Virus record (IMG/VR): IMGVR_UViG_3300044641_009318
Direction: 5' to 3' (one strand)
DNA from: an uncultured virus (IMG/VR IMGVR_UViG_3300044641_009318)
Taxonomy: Duplodnaviria > Heunggongvirae > Uroviricota > Caudoviricetes
DNA: 64,000 bases
The position numbers were made by a program, and so were the translations under genes. Each line of letters opens with the position of its first letter. Positions within the stretch are counted from its first letter, which is position 1. Under the pieces are notes generated by a model, which saw only the letters and a list, made by a program, of their open reading frames with translations, did not search any database and was not told the DNA's origin. This document shows, piece after piece, positions 9,903-21,372 of this stretch.

Positions 9903-12900
9903 TGGCTTTAGATATTGTAATTTATCCCACGGGTTCAACCCTTACTGCGAATCCATACATTGTTTTTGAAAATACTGGTGTTACACCAAGTTCTTTAGTT
10001 TTACAGACATCCGGTAGTGAAATATTAGTTTTGTCATCGTCAACTGTATCCTCAGTTTTAGAAATCGATGGGGTAAATAAAACTGTTGACCTTCAGACCA
10101 GTGGTAAAACAAATCTCATCGGAGCTGGTTATGGAGTTTTTGTTGTAAACCAACTCATGATTAGTGAAACGGGAAATTGGGTTGGTCCGCAAGCCGGTTT
10201 TATCGGTTCACAAGGTGCTCAAGGAGCTCAAGGTGGCACAGGTGCTGTCGGAAGCCAAGGTTCACAAGGAGCTGTGGGTTCTCAAGGTGCTCAAGGAGCT
10301 GCTGGTACAGGAGGAAGAATTGGCTCTCAAGGTGCTCAAGGTGCTACCTCAGGAGGAAAAGGTGCCCAAGGTGCACAAGGTGATACAGGAGCTCAAGGTG
10401 CCCTCAGTGACGCTCAGGGTGCTCAAGGTGCTCAAGGGGCTCAAGGAGCTCAGGGTTCTCAAGGAGCCCAAGGAGCCGTTCAAGGAAATACAGGAGGACA
10501 AGGAGCTCAAGGGGCTCAAGGTTCACAGGGAGCTCAAGGAGCTGTTCAAGGAAATACAGGTGGACAAGGTGCTCAAGGAGCTCAAGGTTCTCAGGGAGCT
10601 CAAGGGGCAACACAAGGTTCCCAAGGTGCCACAGGAGGACAAGGTGCCCAAGGACCACAGGGGGCTGAGGCTTCGTTATTTAACGATGGCGCTAAAGGAG
10701 CTCAAGGAGCTATTGGTTCACAAGGTGCCACAGGGGCACAAGGTTCCCCACAAGGGGCTCAAGGTGCGACCGGAGGAACAGGTCCTCAAGGTTCTGTAGG
10801 TGCTCAAGGTTCCCCACAAGGGGCTCAAGGGGCAACAGGAGGTAAAGGTGGTACAGGTTCAGCGGGAGCACAAGGGGCAACTCAAGGAAATACAGGAGGA
10901 CAAGGGGCTCAGGGGGCTCAAGGTTCACAGGGAGCTCAAGGAGCCGTTCAAGGTAATACAGGGGGACAAGGTGCTCAAGGAGCTCAAGGTTCCCAGGGAG
11001 CTCAAGGAGCCGTCCAAGGACATACTGGAGGACAAGGTGCTCAAGGAGCTCAAGGTTCTCAGGGGGCTCAAGGAGCGACGCAAGGTGCTCAAGGAGCTAC
11101 AGGTGGACAAGGTGCCCAAGGACCACAGGGGGCTGAGGCTTCGTTATTTAACGATGGCGCTAAAGGAGCTCAAGGTGCTACGGGTTCACAAGGTGCTACG
11201 GGCGCACAAGGGGCGACTCAGGGAGCTCAAGGTGCCACGGGAGGACAAGGGGCTACAGGGTCTCAAGGAGCCCAAGGAGGAGTCCAAGGAGCAACAGGTG
11301 GAACAGGAGCACAAGGGGCTCAAGGTGCCACAGGTGCTCAAGGTGGTGTACAAGGAGCGACAGGGGGACAAGGAGCTCAAGGTGCTCAAGGAGCAACGGG
11401 TGCTCAAGGTGCCGTTCAAGGTCATACAGGAGGACAAGGAGCCCAAGGAGCTCAGGGTTCACAGGGTGCTCAAGGTGCCGTTCAAGGTCACACAGGAGGC
11501 CAAGGTGCACAAGGAGCTCAAGGTTCCCAAGGAGCTCAAGGAGCAACCTCAGGAGCTCAAGGGGCAACAGGAGGACAAGGTTCTCAAGGACCTCAGGGTG
11601 CTTCGGCCTCGGTTTTAGATAGTGGTGCTAAAGGTGGTACAGGTGCAACAGGTACGCAGGGTTCAACAGGAGCTCAAGGAGCACCACAAGGAGCTCAAGG
11701 GGCGACAGGGGGTAAAGGTGGTACAGGTTCTGCTGGAGCAACAGGAAGTGTTCAAGGCGCTACGGGTGGTCAAGGAGCACAAGGAGCTCAAGGAGCTCAA
11801 GGTGCTACAGGAAGTGTACAGGGTAATACCGGTGGTCAAGGAGCACAAGGTGCACAAGGAGCTCAGGGGGCAACAGGAAGTGTTCAGGGAGCGACTGGAG
11901 GACAAGGTGCCCAAGGGTCTCAAGGGGCAACAGGAGCTCAGGGTGGACCTCAAGGGGCTCAAGGAGCTACCGCAGGTCAAGGAGCTCAAGGGGTGACAGG
12001 GGCTCAAGGAGGTCCACAAGGGGCTCAAGGTAATCTTGGTGGTCAAGGTGCTCAAGGAGCTCAAGGAGCAACAGGAGGACCACAAGGAGCTCAAGGTTTT
12101 GCCAATCAAGATTTAGCACCTCAAGGAGCTCAAGGTGCTCAAGGAGCACCCCAAGGAGCACAAGGGGCTACGGGACCTACAGGAAACACAGGAGGTCAAG
12201 GGGCACAATCGGCAACACAAGGAGCACCAGGCCCTACGGGAGCTCAAGGGGCTACAGGACCGACTGGGGCTGATAACTTTTTAGCCAATGGGGCAAAAGG
12301 TGCTCAAGGAGGCATTGGTCCTCAGGGTGCTCAAGGAGCGGCATCAGCAACCCAAGGAGCCACAGGTGCCAATGGAATTGGTGGAGCGACAGGTCCAACA
12401 GGTGCTCAAGGAGGACCCCAAGGTGCCCAAGGAAATGGAGGTTCCACTGGAGCACAAGGTCCACAAGGAGGCCAAGGGTTGTTTCAAGGTGCTCAAGGTG
12501 CACAAGGTCCTGGCGGGCCGACGGGAGGACAAGGAGCTCAAGGAGGGACTCAAGGTGCCACAGGTTCGGGAGGACCACAAGGAGCTCAAGGTCCTGCCGG
12601 TCCTATAAGTGACCTTTCGGGAGCGGCTGGAGCAACAGGAGCAACTGGACCAGGAGGTGCCACGGGACCTGCCAACGTGACTTTAGCACCCCAAGGAGCT
12701 CAAGGGGGTGCCGGTTCTACGGGTGCTAAAGGACCCTCAGGAAATCCTGGCGCACAGGGAGCCCAAGGAGGTCAAGGTTTCCAAGGAGCTAAAGGAGGGG
12801 TAACAGGGGCTCAAGGACCAAAAGGACCTCAAGGACCTACTGGACCTGCAACTGGACCCACGGGTGCTCAGGGAGCTCCAGGAACTGCAGGTGCAACAGG

Positions 12901-13375
12901 ACCACAAGGTGCTCAAGGTGCCCCTGGAAACTTTGGTCCATTAGGCCCAACAGGACCTCAAGGGGCGAAAGGTGCTACGGGTTCACAAGGAGCTCAAGGT
13001 GCCACAGGTGCTCAAGGACCCCAAGGACCTCCATCTGATATAAGACTCAAAACAAACATTCAACCCTTAGAAGATTCTACAAAAAAACTATTGGGATTAA
13101 AAGGAGTTCGATTCCAATGGAAATCGGACATTCCACATTTGAAAGAATACGGAAAAAGCCATGATTATCTTATCAAAAATAAAAGTTTAGGATTTATTGC
13201 TCAAGAAGTTGAGAATATATTTCCCGAAATAATAGGTCAAGACAAATATGGATACAAGGACTTGTATATTGACGTTTTAACAGCGGTGGGTCTTGCCTCT
13301 ATTAAAGAAAACCAACACAGAATAATTATAATTAACAATAAACTTTCTCCCTTGAAAAATTTGATGAATGGCTAA
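9899..13375 (+). CDS. collagen-like fibre protein 2 with peptidase S74 domain
   Basis: Interrupted GXY repeats; [10 protein letters not shown]...[14 protein letters not shown]. Confidence 0.85.
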   Translation: MMALDIVIYPTGSTLTANPYIVFENTGVTPSSLVLQTSGSEILVLSSSTVSSVLEIDGVNKTVDLQTSGKTNLIGAGYGVFVVNQLMISETGNWVGPQAGFIGSQGAQGAQGGTGAVGSQGSQGAVGSQGAQGAAGTGGRIGSQGAQGATSGGKGAQGAQGDTGAQGALSDAQGAQGAQGAQGAQGSQGAQGAVQGNTGGQGAQGAQGSQGAQGAVQGNTGGQGAQGAQGSQGAQGATQGSQGATGGQGAQGPQGAEASLFNDGAKGAQGAIGSQGATGAQGSPQGAQGATGGTGPQGSVGAQGSPQGAQGATGGKGGTGSAGAQGATQGNTGGQGAQGAQGSQGAQGAVQGNTGGQGAQGAQGSQGAQGAVQGHTGGQGAQGAQGSQGAQGATQGAQGATGGQGAQGPQGAEASLFNDGAKGAQGATGSQGATGAQGATQGAQGATGGQGATGSQGAQGGVQGATGGTGAQGAQGATGAQGGVQGATGGQGAQGAQGATGAQGAVQGHTGGQGAQGAQGSQGAQGAVQGHTGGQGAQGAQGSQGAQGATSGAQGATGGQGSQGPQGASASVLDSGAKGGTGATGTQGSTGAQGAPQGAQGATGGKGGTGSAGATGSVQGATGGQGAQGAQGAQGATGSVQGNTGGQGAQGAQGAQGATGSVQGATGGQGAQGSQGATGAQGGPQGAQGATAGQGAQGVTGAQGGPQGAQGNLGGQGAQGAQGATGGPQGAQGFANQDLAPQGAQGAQGAPQGAQGATGPTGNTGGQGAQSATQGAPGPTGAQGATGPTGADNFLANGAKGAQGGIGPQGAQGAASATQGATGANGIGGATGPTGAQGGPQGAQGNGGSTGAQGPQGGQGLFQGAQGAQGPGGPTGGQGAQGGTQGATGSGGPQGAQGPAGPISDLSGAAGATGATGPGGATGPANVTLAPQGAQGGAGSTGAKGPSGNPGAQGAQGGQGFQGAKGGVTGAQGPKGPQGPTGPATGPTGAQGAPGTAGATGPQGAQGAPGNFGPLGPTGPQGAKGATGSQGAQGATGAQGPQGPPSDIRLKTNIQPLEDSTKKLLGLKGVRFQWKSDIPHLKEYGKSHDYLIKNKSLGFIAQEVENIFPEIIGQDKYGYKDLYIDVLTAVGLASIKENQHRIIIINNKLSPLKNLMNG
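10637..11175 (+). repeat. internal duplication with 468-nt spacing in fibre gene 2
   Basis: Identical ~70-nt block ggacaaggtgcccaaggaccacagggggctgaggcttcgttatttaacgatggcgctaaaggagctcaagg at 10637 and 11105 (encodes [12 protein letters not shown]). Confidence 0.85.
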
Positions 13376-16300
13376 TATAATTGTTTTACCAAATTCAGGG
13401 GAAATCGAATTTATCGATTCGGGAACTACCACAACAGTACTTTCGTTTGTAAATCCAAGTGGAGGTCTTAAGTTTACTGGAGGAACTAACAATGACCTCT
13501 TACTTAGAATTTCTGCCACCGCAGACAACAATTTTGAAATAGGTGGTGGCACGGCAAAAGTAGATTTGTGGTTAGGACAATTTGATAATGCTTTTGGTAC
13601 CATTTTAAATTCATCGGGATGGGCGGGTAATCCTGGTCCACAAGGTGCTACCGGTTCACAGGGTTCCCAAGGAGCTCAAGGCGCCACGGGTGTCACAGGT
13701 GCAAAAGGAGCTCAAGGGGCAATCGGGGCACAAGGAGCCCAAGGGGCACAAGGAGCACAAGGAGCTGCAGGACCTCAAGGAGCCCAAGGGGCAATTGGTG
13801 GAACAGGTGCCCAAGGTGCCCAAGGAGCTCAAGGGGCTCAAGGTGCTCAGGGTGCTCAAGGAGGAAAAGGTTCCATAGGAGCTCAAGGGGCTCAAGGTGG
13901 TCAAGGGGCTCAAGGCGCTCAAGGGGCAACTGGAACAATAGGAGCTCAAGGGGCTCAAGGTGGACAAGGAGCTCAAGGAGCTCAAGGAGCAACGGGAGGA
14001 AAGGGTCCGCAAGGTTCGCAAGGAGGAACAGGGGCTCAGGGTGCCCAAGGTGGAACTGGTGCTCAAGGAGGTCAAGGTGCTCAAGGAGGTCAAGGTTTCC
14101 AAGGAGCCCAAGGAAGCGCAGGGACAACAGGAGCCCAAGGTGCTCAAGGAGGCCAAGGTTTCCAAGGAGCCCAAGGAAGTGAGGGAACAACGGGAGCCCA
14201 AGGTGCTCAAGGTGGTCAAGGTTTTCAAGGAGCGACTGGTAATTTTGGCGCAGAGGGAGCTCAAGGAGCTCAAGGTGGACAAGGAGCTCAAGGTGCCCAA
14301 GGAGGCACAGGTGGTACAGGCGCCCAAGGTGCTCAAGGAGGTCAAGGTGCTCAAGGCGCTCAGGGAGCGATTGGTATAACAGGTGCACAAGGTGCTCAGG
14401 GTGGACAAGGAGCCCAAGGAGCTCAGGGAGCTACGGGTGGAACAGGTGCCCAAGGTGCTCAAGGAGGTCAAGGTGCTCAAGGAGCTCAGGGTGGTACAGG
14501 TGCCCAAGGAGGACAAGGAGCCCAAGGAGGTCAAGGTTTCCAAGGAGCCCAAGGGAGTGCCGGAACTACAGGTGCACAAGGTGCTCAAGGAGGACAAGGA
14601 TTCCAAGGGGCTCAAGGTCCAGGTTTAGAAAGTGACGGAGCCGCAAAAGGAGCCCAAGGTGCTCAAGGAGGACAAGGAGCCCAAGGAGCACAAGGAGCTG
14701 TCGGTGGTCAAGGTGCTCAAGGAGCTCAAGGAGGTCAAGGTGCTCAAGGTGCCCAAGGAGGTACAGGTGGTACAGGTGCCCAAGGTGCTCAAGGTGGGCA
14801 GGGTTCTCAAGGGGCTCAGGGAGGAACCGGTGGAACAGGTGCCCAAGGGGCTCAAGGTGGTCAGGGTGCTCAAGGTGCTCAGGGAGGAACTGGTGGAACA
14901 GGTGCCCAAGGGGCTCAAGGTGGACAAGGTGCTCAAGGTGCACAAGGGGCGACTGGTGGAACAGGTGGCCAAGGTGCTCAAGGAGGTCAAGGTTCCCAAG
15001 GAGCACAAGGTGCTACTGGTGGGACCGGTGCTCAGGGTGCTCAAGGAGGTCAAGGGTTCCAAGGTGCTACAGGAAATTTCGGGGCGGAGGGTGCTCAAGG
15101 AGCCCAAGGTGGTCAAGGAGCTCAAGGGGCTCAAGGGTCTACTGGTGGAACAGGTGGTCAAGGTGCTCAAGGTGGACAGGGTGCTCAAGGAGCTCAAGGA
15201 GGAACTGGTGGAACAGGTTCCCAAGGTTCCCAAGGAGGACAGGGTGCTCAAGGCGCTCAAGGTGCCACTGGAGGTCAAGGAGCCCAAGGTGCCCAAGGAG
15301 GTCAAGGTTTCCAAGGTGATATTGGTTTTGTTGGTGCTCAAGGTGCTCAAGGTGCTCAAGGCGGACAAGGAGCTCAAGGAGGACAAGGTTCTCAAGGTGG
15401 AATTGGAGCTCAAGGAGCTCAAGGAGGACAAGGTTTTCAGGGCGCTATTGGAGATGGTGGGGCAACTGGTAGTCAGGGGGCTCAGGGTGGTCAAGGATTT
15501 CAAGGTGCTCAAGGTGGAACGGGTTCTCAAGGTGCTCAAGGAGGTACTGGTGGACAAGGAGCTCAAGGTCCCCAAGGAGCTCAAGGAGCCGGAGGTGGAC
15601 AAGGAGCTCAGGGTGGACAAGGTTCTCAAGGAGCACAAGGTGGAACTGGAGGACAAGGTGCTCAAGGTGCTGCTGGTGGTCAAGGTGCTCAAGGTGCTCA
15701 AGGAGCTCAAGGTGCCACAGGGGGACAAGGGGCTCAAGGAGGTCAAGGTTTTCAAGGAATTACTGGAGCACAAGGGGCTCAAGGAGGAAAAGGTCCAGGT
15801 GGTGGACAAGGAGGACCGGGAGGAGCAGGAGCGACTGGAGGACAAGGAGCTCAGGGAGCTGCCGGAGGTCAAGGTTTTCAAGGAGCGGGAGGAGGTCAAG
15901 GAGCTCAAGGGGCAACCGGACCCGCTCAACTTCAAGGGGCTCAAGGTGCTCAAGGTGCTATAGGTTTCCAAGGCGCTCAAGGAGGTACAGGAGTCGGAGG
16001 GGCTCAAGGAGCCCAAGGACCTACAGGTGCTCAGGGTTCACAAGGATTTGGTGGTACAGACGGGGCGCAAGGGGCTACAGGTCCAAGAGGACCACAAGGA
16101 GATACTGGCGCACAAGGATTCCAAGGTGGTGGAGGTGGTACCGGCAGTCCAGGAGCCGCAGGAGGACAAGGATTCCAAGGAGCACAAGGTCTTGGAGGCT
16201 CAGGTACGCCAGGAGCACAGGGAGCACAAGGAGCTTCGCCTCCAGGACCTACAGGTGCTACTGGTTCTCAAGGTTCAACAGGACCACAAGGGGCTCAAGG

Positions 16301-16664
16301 TGCTAAAGGACCAACAGGTCCTACTGGACCCACTGGTCCATCTGACATTAGACTTAAAGAAAATATCGAACCAATTGAATCTGCACTTTCAAAAATCCTC
16401 AACCTTAGAGGGGTAGAATACTATTGGAAAGACAAAGAAAATAAACCTGAGAACAAAAAAATAGGTTTTATTGCCCAAGAATTGATGTTGGAAGTACCTG
16501 AAGTTGTTCACCACACTGAAGATGACAGATACTTGGTTAAGATTAAAGAAGTAGTTGCCGTAGCTGTAGAAGCAATCAAGGAACAAGACCAAAAGATTTC
16601 TCAGTTGGAGGAAAGAGCGGAGAGAGTTTTAGAGAAGGCTCGTTCAAAAGGATTATTATCCTAA
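13368..16664 (+). CDS. collagen-like fibre protein 3 with peptidase S74 domain
   Basis: GAQ/GGQ/GGT triplets; [10 protein letters not shown]...[16 protein letters not shown]. Confidence 0.85.
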   Translation: MANIIVLPNSGEIEFIDSGTTTTVLSFVNPSGGLKFTGGTNNDLLLRISATADNNFEIGGGTAKVDLWLGQFDNAFGTILNSSGWAGNPGPQGATGSQGSQGAQGATGVTGAKGAQGAIGAQGAQGAQGAQGAAGPQGAQGAIGGTGAQGAQGAQGAQGAQGAQGGKGSIGAQGAQGGQGAQGAQGATGTIGAQGAQGGQGAQGAQGATGGKGPQGSQGGTGAQGAQGGTGAQGGQGAQGGQGFQGAQGSAGTTGAQGAQGGQGFQGAQGSEGTTGAQGAQGGQGFQGATGNFGAEGAQGAQGGQGAQGAQGGTGGTGAQGAQGGQGAQGAQGAIGITGAQGAQGGQGAQGAQGATGGTGAQGAQGGQGAQGAQGGTGAQGGQGAQGGQGFQGAQGSAGTTGAQGAQGGQGFQGAQGPGLESDGAAKGAQGAQGGQGAQGAQGAVGGQGAQGAQGGQGAQGAQGGTGGTGAQGAQGGQGSQGAQGGTGGTGAQGAQGGQGAQGAQGGTGGTGAQGAQGGQGAQGAQGATGGTGGQGAQGGQGSQGAQGATGGTGAQGAQGGQGFQGATGNFGAEGAQGAQGGQGAQGAQGSTGGTGGQGAQGGQGAQGAQGGTGGTGSQGSQGGQGAQGAQGATGGQGAQGAQGGQGFQGDIGFVGAQGAQGAQGGQGAQGGQGSQGGIGAQGAQGGQGFQGAIGDGGATGSQGAQGGQGFQGAQGGTGSQGAQGGTGGQGAQGPQGAQGAGGGQGAQGGQGSQGAQGGTGGQGAQGAAGGQGAQGAQGAQGATGGQGAQGGQGFQGITGAQGAQGGKGPGGGQGGPGGAGATGGQGAQGAAGGQGFQGAGGGQGAQGATGPAQLQGAQGAQGAIGFQGAQGGTGVGGAQGAQGPTGAQGSQGFGGTDGAQGATGPRGPQGDTGAQGFQGGGGGTGSPGAAGGQGFQGAQGLGGSGTPGAQGAQGASPPGPTGATGSQGSTGPQGAQGAKGPTGPTGPTGPSDIRLKENIEPIESALSKILNLRGVEYYWKDKENKPENKKIGFIAQELMLEVPEVVHHTEDDRYLVKIKEVVAVAVEAIKEQDQKISQLEERAERVLEKARSKGLLS

Positions 16665-17650
16665 TATTCCCACCAATCTAAGAAATATTCGTTAATATTT
16701 TTCTTTGTTTTAGTCCAACCAGCGTGTTCAGGTCCATAGACAGCAACACAATCCTCTAATTCGTTTAGAATTGCTGTGTAAGAACCATGATATTCTAAGG
16801 TTCCTGAATTGTATCCCTTGTATTGCTCCAAGAAATCTTCAATTTTACTTTTGAAATCAACTAATTTTAAATTTAGTTGTTCAACTTCTTTATTTTGTGC
16901 TCGTGGGTGTTGGATTGTTTTGTAGATAGGTTTCCCTTCAAAAATTTCATCAAACGCACTCCATATATCTTCGTAAACTTCATCACTATAGGCGGTTTCA
17001 TAAGCATTTCGATGAATAGAATATAAGTTATCTTTGATATCGGATGCGTAGTTGTCAACCACATAATAAAAAGTTGTTCTATCTTTTAATACAACATTCC
17101 GAATTTGTTCTTCGGTAAGTTTAATGGTTTCTTCGTCCGTTAATTCATCCAAATCTTCATCGACTTCAATTTCTTCATCTTTGAGTATTTCGTATAAAGA
17201 TTTTACCAACACATCTGTATTTTTTTCATTCAAATCCTCAACAACATCACGGTAAACATCATCTGTAGTGCCATAAAAGTCCCAAGTATGCTCACCATCG
17301 ATAATTTCTTCAACTAATTTACCACTCATAGAATTTCTATTATTATCACATGTAAGGGAACCTAAAACCTCACCAACACTTTCCGTTGTTGTCAAATAAT
17401 ATTCACCGTCAACGACTGTGATATCACCTAAAAATTCTTGAACCCAATAATTGAATTTTTCGATATCGTTGTTTAAAAAATACAATATCAAATAATTTTG
17501 TTCCGTTGGTTCTAATTGTTTTGGGTCGATAAGATTCATCATACCCTTCATTTCAACAACCCTCAAGAAATTTTCCGAACCGCCAAACAATTTGACAATT
17601 TCGATTTCCCCTTCGTTGAATTGTTTAATATAATCTCTGAGTGATGCCAT
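16661..17650 (-). CDS. acidic hypothetical protein
   Basis: 329-aa ORF; TATTTATA motif on the minus strand at 17655-17662. Confidence 0.75.
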   Translation of the reverse strand: MASLRDYIKQFNEGEIEIVKLFGGSENFLRVVEMKGMMNLIDPKQLEPTEQNYLILYFLNNDIEKFNYWVQEFLGDITVVDGEYYLTTTESVGEVLGSLTCDNNRNSMSGKLVEEIIDGEHTWDFYGTTDDVYRDVVEDLNEKNTDVLVKSLYEILKDEEIEVDEDLDELTDEETIKLTEEQIRNVVLKDRTTFYYVVDNYASDIKDNLYSIHRNAYETAYSDEVYEDIWSAFDEIFEGKPIYKTIQHPRAQNKEVEQLNLKLVDFKSKIEDFLEQYKGYNSGTLEYHGSYTAILNELEDCVAVYGPEHAGWTKTKKNINEYFLDWWEY

Positions 17651-17663
17651 ATTTTATAAATAC

Positions 17664-17691
17664 AAAAAAAGGGTGGATTTCTCCACCCTTC
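17664..17691 (-). terminator. Rho-independent terminator (minus strand)
   Basis: AAGGGTGGA-TTTC-TCCACCCTT preceded by an A-run on the + strand. Confidence 0.7.
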
Positions 17692-17710
17692 AACAATAAC
17701 GTAAGGAATT

Positions 17711-17866
17711 TTACTTGGTTCTTTGGTAATATTTCTCTACAGTCTTCTTAATTGCTTCCTTAACGTTCTCGTTGACTTGTTTAGTATATGTTTTTTGTTC
17801 GGCAGAACTTACGGTTGTCGCAGCTGCTTGTTGTTGGTTTCCCTTGTTTTTACATCCACATCCCAT
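17711..17866 (-). CDS. small hypothetical protein (MGCGCKNK...), 51 aa
   Basis: Manually translated ORF missing from the track; has its own TATTTAT motif upstream and terminator downstream. Confidence 0.65.
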   Translation of the reverse strand: MGCGCKNKGNQQQAAATTVSSAEQKTYTKQVNENVKEAIKKTVEKYYQRTK

Positions 17867-17942
17867 GGCTCAAATAATTTTGGTGTTTATTGATAATAAA
17901 TATAGAGTTCTTTAACTATTTATCAAATATATTTTAATTGTT

Positions 17943-18791
17943 TTGACTAGCCAAGAACGTAAAGAACAAGATGTTTGGAATATCAACAATACCGATGGTG
18001 AAGGTATTGCTGCGAATATTCTGTTTAATTTTTTAGTATCAGAGGGGGATTTAGACCCCGAAGAGGACAGTGTATATGACTTGGAACCTTTAAATCTTTT
18101 TTATAGAATGTACCAATTTCGCGTACCTCAACTTAACCGTAATTATGCGGTTGACGATTATGATGAAACCGAGACAACGATAAAAGAATACCTCAAGGAG
18201 TATTTCAAAGATGAGGATAACTTGAACAATATTTCAGATGAGACCCTTCGAAGCAACTTGGATGAAAAAGATTTGATAAGAATGATTAGGGATGTACACG
18301 AGGATTGGGTTTATGATGACCCTAGTGGTTATTTGGGTGAAAATCAAAGAGACCTAAGTGAAGAACAACAATTACTAGTAGATTCGTATACTCAAAAAAT
18401 TTCAAAATTTGAGAGTGAAATTCAAAAGTTAGCCGGTTTAAAAATTGATGACGAAGGTCAACAAAAAAAAATTGACAATTACTTAGAGAAACTTATTTCT
18501 TTGGTTGAGGATTACAACTTAGAAATGGAAGAAATCAAAGAGAATCCCGAAGGTGATTGGTTCGAGTGGGCAATTGAGGAGTACATTGATAATCAAGTGG
18601 AATATTATTCTGATGATTTACTCCAATTCATTGCAGACCATGATATGCCATACAGCCATGTTGTTAACATGGAATCTTTAATTGACTCCGAGTACGAAAA
18701 TAATGGTTATGATGTTCTTCCAACTTATGATGGTAAGGCAGAGGAGGTGTACTTTGATGGTGAGACCTACGTCATACTAAGATTAAGTTGA
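17943..18791 (+). CDS. acidic hypothetical protein with central coiled coil
   Basis: 282-aa ORF; TTG start uncertain. Confidence 0.7.
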   Translation: MTSQERKEQDVWNINNTDGEGIAANILFNFLVSEGDLDPEEDSVYDLEPLNLFYRMYQFRVPQLNRNYAVDDYDETETTIKEYLKEYFKDEDNLNNISDETLRSNLDEKDLIRMIRDVHEDWVYDDPSGYLGENQRDLSEEQQLLVDSYTQKISKFESEIQKLAGLKIDDEGQQKKIDNYLEKLISLVEDYNLEMEEIKENPEGDWFEWAIEEYIDNQVEYYSDDLLQFIADHDMPYSHVVNMESLIDSEYENNGYDVLPTYDGKAEEVYFDGETYVILRLS

Positions 18792-18821
18792 TTAAAAATT
18801 ATATTTTTTTACCATTAAGAA

Positions 18822-19610
18822 ATGGCTAGAAAAAAGAAAAATCCATTTAAGTTGAATCCCGAGTGGATGTTGACCGAACCCATCGATTTCGAATACAACA
18901 AATATACCCTCTTGGATTACATACAGAAATGTGAAAAAAGTTTTGAGGGTTTCAAAATCTATCCTGACTTTGTTGAACTTTCCCTTCATTTGGCAAATGT
19001 TCAATCCATCTTCAAAGAAAAATTAATTCTCACCACCGACAAAAAGTTTGAATTCTGTGACGATGAAATTCTTTTGAAAGAATTAACCCCCAAGAGGTTA
19101 CCAAGTCTTAGTGAGGATGATTTCGATGAACTCGAAAAAACATTAATGTATTCGGGAAACAAATTGATGGATGCCTTTAGTATTGGTAAGTCCATTTGGT
19201 CTATCGTTTTTGAATCAACCGCCGTTAAACTCAAGAAAAATAAAAGAGGTCTTGATAAAGGATATGGATACATATACTTCGGAATCAAAGACCTGAAACA
19301 ATTTTTCATTTGGGAGTATTCCATCAAGAAGATGAGAGGAAAGACCCAAGAGTCAAAAATATATCTCAATAAAATCTACGAGGGTAATCCTGAGGGTGAA
19401 GTTTTGTCTGAGATAATCCAAAAAAACACCTCATGGATTGGAGACCCCCAACAAAGTAAGTTACCTGTCTTCGAGGTATATTCCAATCAAAACTTTCCTT
19501 TTGAAGAGACCTTGGTTCCGATGGTAAAGAGAAAGGTCTTGTCGTACATCTTACAAACTTTACCCCAAGAAAAGATTGAATCGTTTGATAGTTTGAAATT
19601 TTCTTCTTAA
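18822..19610 (+). CDS. hypothetical phage protein
   Basis: 262-aa ORF (W..EPIDFEYNKYTLLDY). Confidence 0.75.
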   Translation: MARKKKNPFKLNPEWMLTEPIDFEYNKYTLLDYIQKCEKSFEGFKIYPDFVELSLHLANVQSIFKEKLILTTDKKFEFCDDEILLKELTPKRLPSLSEDDFDELEKTLMYSGNKLMDAFSIGKSIWSIVFESTAVKLKKNKRGLDKGYGYIYFGIKDLKQFFIWEYSIKKMRGKTQESKIYLNKIYEGNPEGEVLSEIIQKNTSWIGDPQQSKLPVFEVYSNQNFPFEETLVPMVKRKVLSYILQTLPQEKIESFDSLKFSS

Positions 19611-19619
19611 GTTTGTCCC

Positions 19620-19811
19620 ATGAGTGTTAACAAACGAATCCTAACTCGGGAACAGACTTTAGAACATTTAGAAAAGAAGACGTTGTCTGAGCTTTACGCA
19701 AAGGTCGATGTCTTTATTTTCTACGATGACTTAGCTCATCGTGTTTTTGATATGTTTGTGGGGGGGATGAATGAGACACAAATTAAAAAACTTATCAAAA
19801 ACAAACTTTAG
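19620..19811 (+). CDS. hypothetical protein
   Basis: 63 aa; TAAGTTTG promoter motif at 19608-19615. Confidence 0.6.
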   Translation: MSVNKRILTREQTLEHLEKKTLSELYAKVDVFIFYDDLAHRVFDMFVGGMNETQIKKLIKNKL

Positions 19812-19813
19812 TT

Positions 19814-20041
19814 ATGAAGTGTATCAAAGCCTTGAAACCGAACAATGGGTACAAAGTCGGTACCATTTTAAGAACAGACGAATTAACTGCCGACATTCGT
19901 GTATCGGGTGGTGATTGGATGTTTATACCCAAGTCAGAATGGAAACTTGAGTCCCGTGGGGAAGTGGTTCCACAAGAGACCCCCACTGAAAAGGGGGGTA
20001 AGAAGAAAAAAAGTAAGAAAAATCAGGTAGAACCCCTATAA
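19814..20041 (+). CDS. hypothetical protein
   Basis: 75 aa, tightly packed in an operon. Confidence 0.6.
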   Translation: MKCIKALKPNNGYKVGTILRTDELTADIRVSGGDWMFIPKSEWKLESRGEVVPQETPTEKGGKKKKSKKNQVEPL

Positions 20042-20042
20042 A

Positions 20043-20246
20043 ATGGAGGGCACTGACTTAAAAAAGTTTCTTTTTAAGATTGATAGACCTACTTATATCG
20101 GGTATATTTCCCATTACATTCTAAAACGCTCATTGGATGAGACACAAGAATTAATTGATAAGTTGGTCGACGAGGGACTTGTTGGGGAATCTGAATGGGT
20201 AAAAAAATACTATTACTACAAAAATGAAAACGAAAATAAAACTTGA
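20043..20246 (+). CDS. hypothetical protein (possible winged helix)
   Basis: 67 aa, tightly packed in an operon. Confidence 0.55.
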   Translation: MEGTDLKKFLFKIDRPTYIGYISHYILKRSLDETQELIDKLVDEGLVGESEWVKKYYYYKNENENKT

Positions 20247-21372
20247 ATATGTGTGGTTGGATGGTTACCAACCTGAACCAAACCTTAGAAGTAAGGTAAA
20301 GGTCATTGACCTTGACCACACCAATAAATTGATTCTTTCGGATTGTCCTGAATGGTCCTTTGATGGTTCTTCAACCCAACAAGCCGACGGACATTTTTCC
20401 GACTGCATTTTGAAACCCGTTCGTATTTATCCGAACTTCCTGAACAAAGGGTACCTTTCATCTTACTTTGTAATGTGTGAGGTTATGAACCCTGATGAAA
20501 CACCCCATAAGTCCAATACCCGAGCAATTGTGGGTGACGAGCAAGAAGACCTATGGTTTGGGTTTGAACAAGAGTATACCATCATAGAAGATGGACGACC
20601 ACTTGGATTTCCCAAGAACGGTTACCCTGCTCCTCAAGGTAGATATTACTGTGGAGTTGGAACCAACCAAGTCAATGGACGTGAGTTTGTGGACGAACAC
20701 ATGGAGATGTGTATCAAAGCAGGGATTGACATCACTGGTACCAATGCTGAGGTACTTTTAGGTCAGTGGGAATACCAAGTGTTCAGTAAGGGAAAACTAA
20801 AGGCTGGTGACGACCTATGGATGTCTCGTTACATCCTTCAACAACTCAGCGAAGAAAAAGGATACGAGATTGAGTTCCACCCCAAACCAGTTCAAGGTGA
20901 CTGGAATGGTTCGGGACTTCACTGTAACTTCTCCAACGATAAGATGAGAGACGAAGGTGGTGAGGATTACTTCAAAAACATCTTCCGTTCCTTCGAATCC
21001 CGTCACCAAGAACACATTAAGAATTACGGTTCAGACAATTACTTACGTCTAACTGGTAAACACGAGACTCAGTCAATCGACAAGTTCAGTTGGGGAGTTT
21101 CTGATAGGGGGTCTTCCATTCGTGTACCGCTAGCTACGGCGAAAGAGTGGAAAGGGTACGTTGAGGACCGTAGACCAGCGTCGAATGGAGACCCCTACAA
21201 AATTGTAAAAGTTATCGCAGATGCTCTGGACTTTGCCTTACATTTGGATAAAATTAACTATAACATGACTGTTAAGGTTGACGTGGAGAAAGCGAAAGAA
21301 GCTCTTGCTTACCTTGGGGGACATGATTATGATGAAGAAGAAAGAACTATCGATAACATCGGAAAAGAGTAA
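20224..21372 (+). CDS. glnA: glutamine synthetase (type II-like)
   Basis: LEYVWLDG, WSFDGSST, WFGFEQEY, GDWNGSGLHCNFS, RLTGKHET, DRGSSIRVP, EDRRPASNGDPY. Confidence 0.95.
   Translation: MKTKIKLEYVWLDGYQPEPNLRSKVKVIDLDHTNKLILSDCPEWSFDGSSTQQADGHFSDCILKPVRIYPNFLNKGYLSSYFVMCEVMNPDETPHKSNTRAIVGDEQEDLWFGFEQEYTIIEDGRPLGFPKNGYPAPQGRYYCGVGTNQVNGREFVDEHMEMCIKAGIDITGTNAEVLLGQWEYQVFSKGKLKAGDDLWMSRYILQQLSEEKGYEIEFHPKPVQGDWNGSGLHCNFSNDKMRDEGGEDYFKNIFRSFESRHQEHIKNYGSDNYLRLTGKHETQSIDKFSWGVSDRGSSIRVPLATAKEWKGYVEDRRPASNGDPYKIVKVIADALDFALHLDKINYNMTVKVDVEKAKEALAYLGGHDYDEEERTIDNIGKE

Noticed and set aside
6640..16340. Highly repetitive DNA considered as a CRISPR array or satellite
   Set aside because: Repeats are degenerate at third codon positions and encode Gly-X-Y; there is no constant repeat with unique spacers and no cas gene
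7030..16416. Many long alternative-frame and antisense ORFs (VLKELKV.., LSSLST.., LEHLE..) over the fibre genes
   Set aside because: Shadow ORFs produced by the GGN-GCN-CAA codon repeat, which lacks stops in other frames
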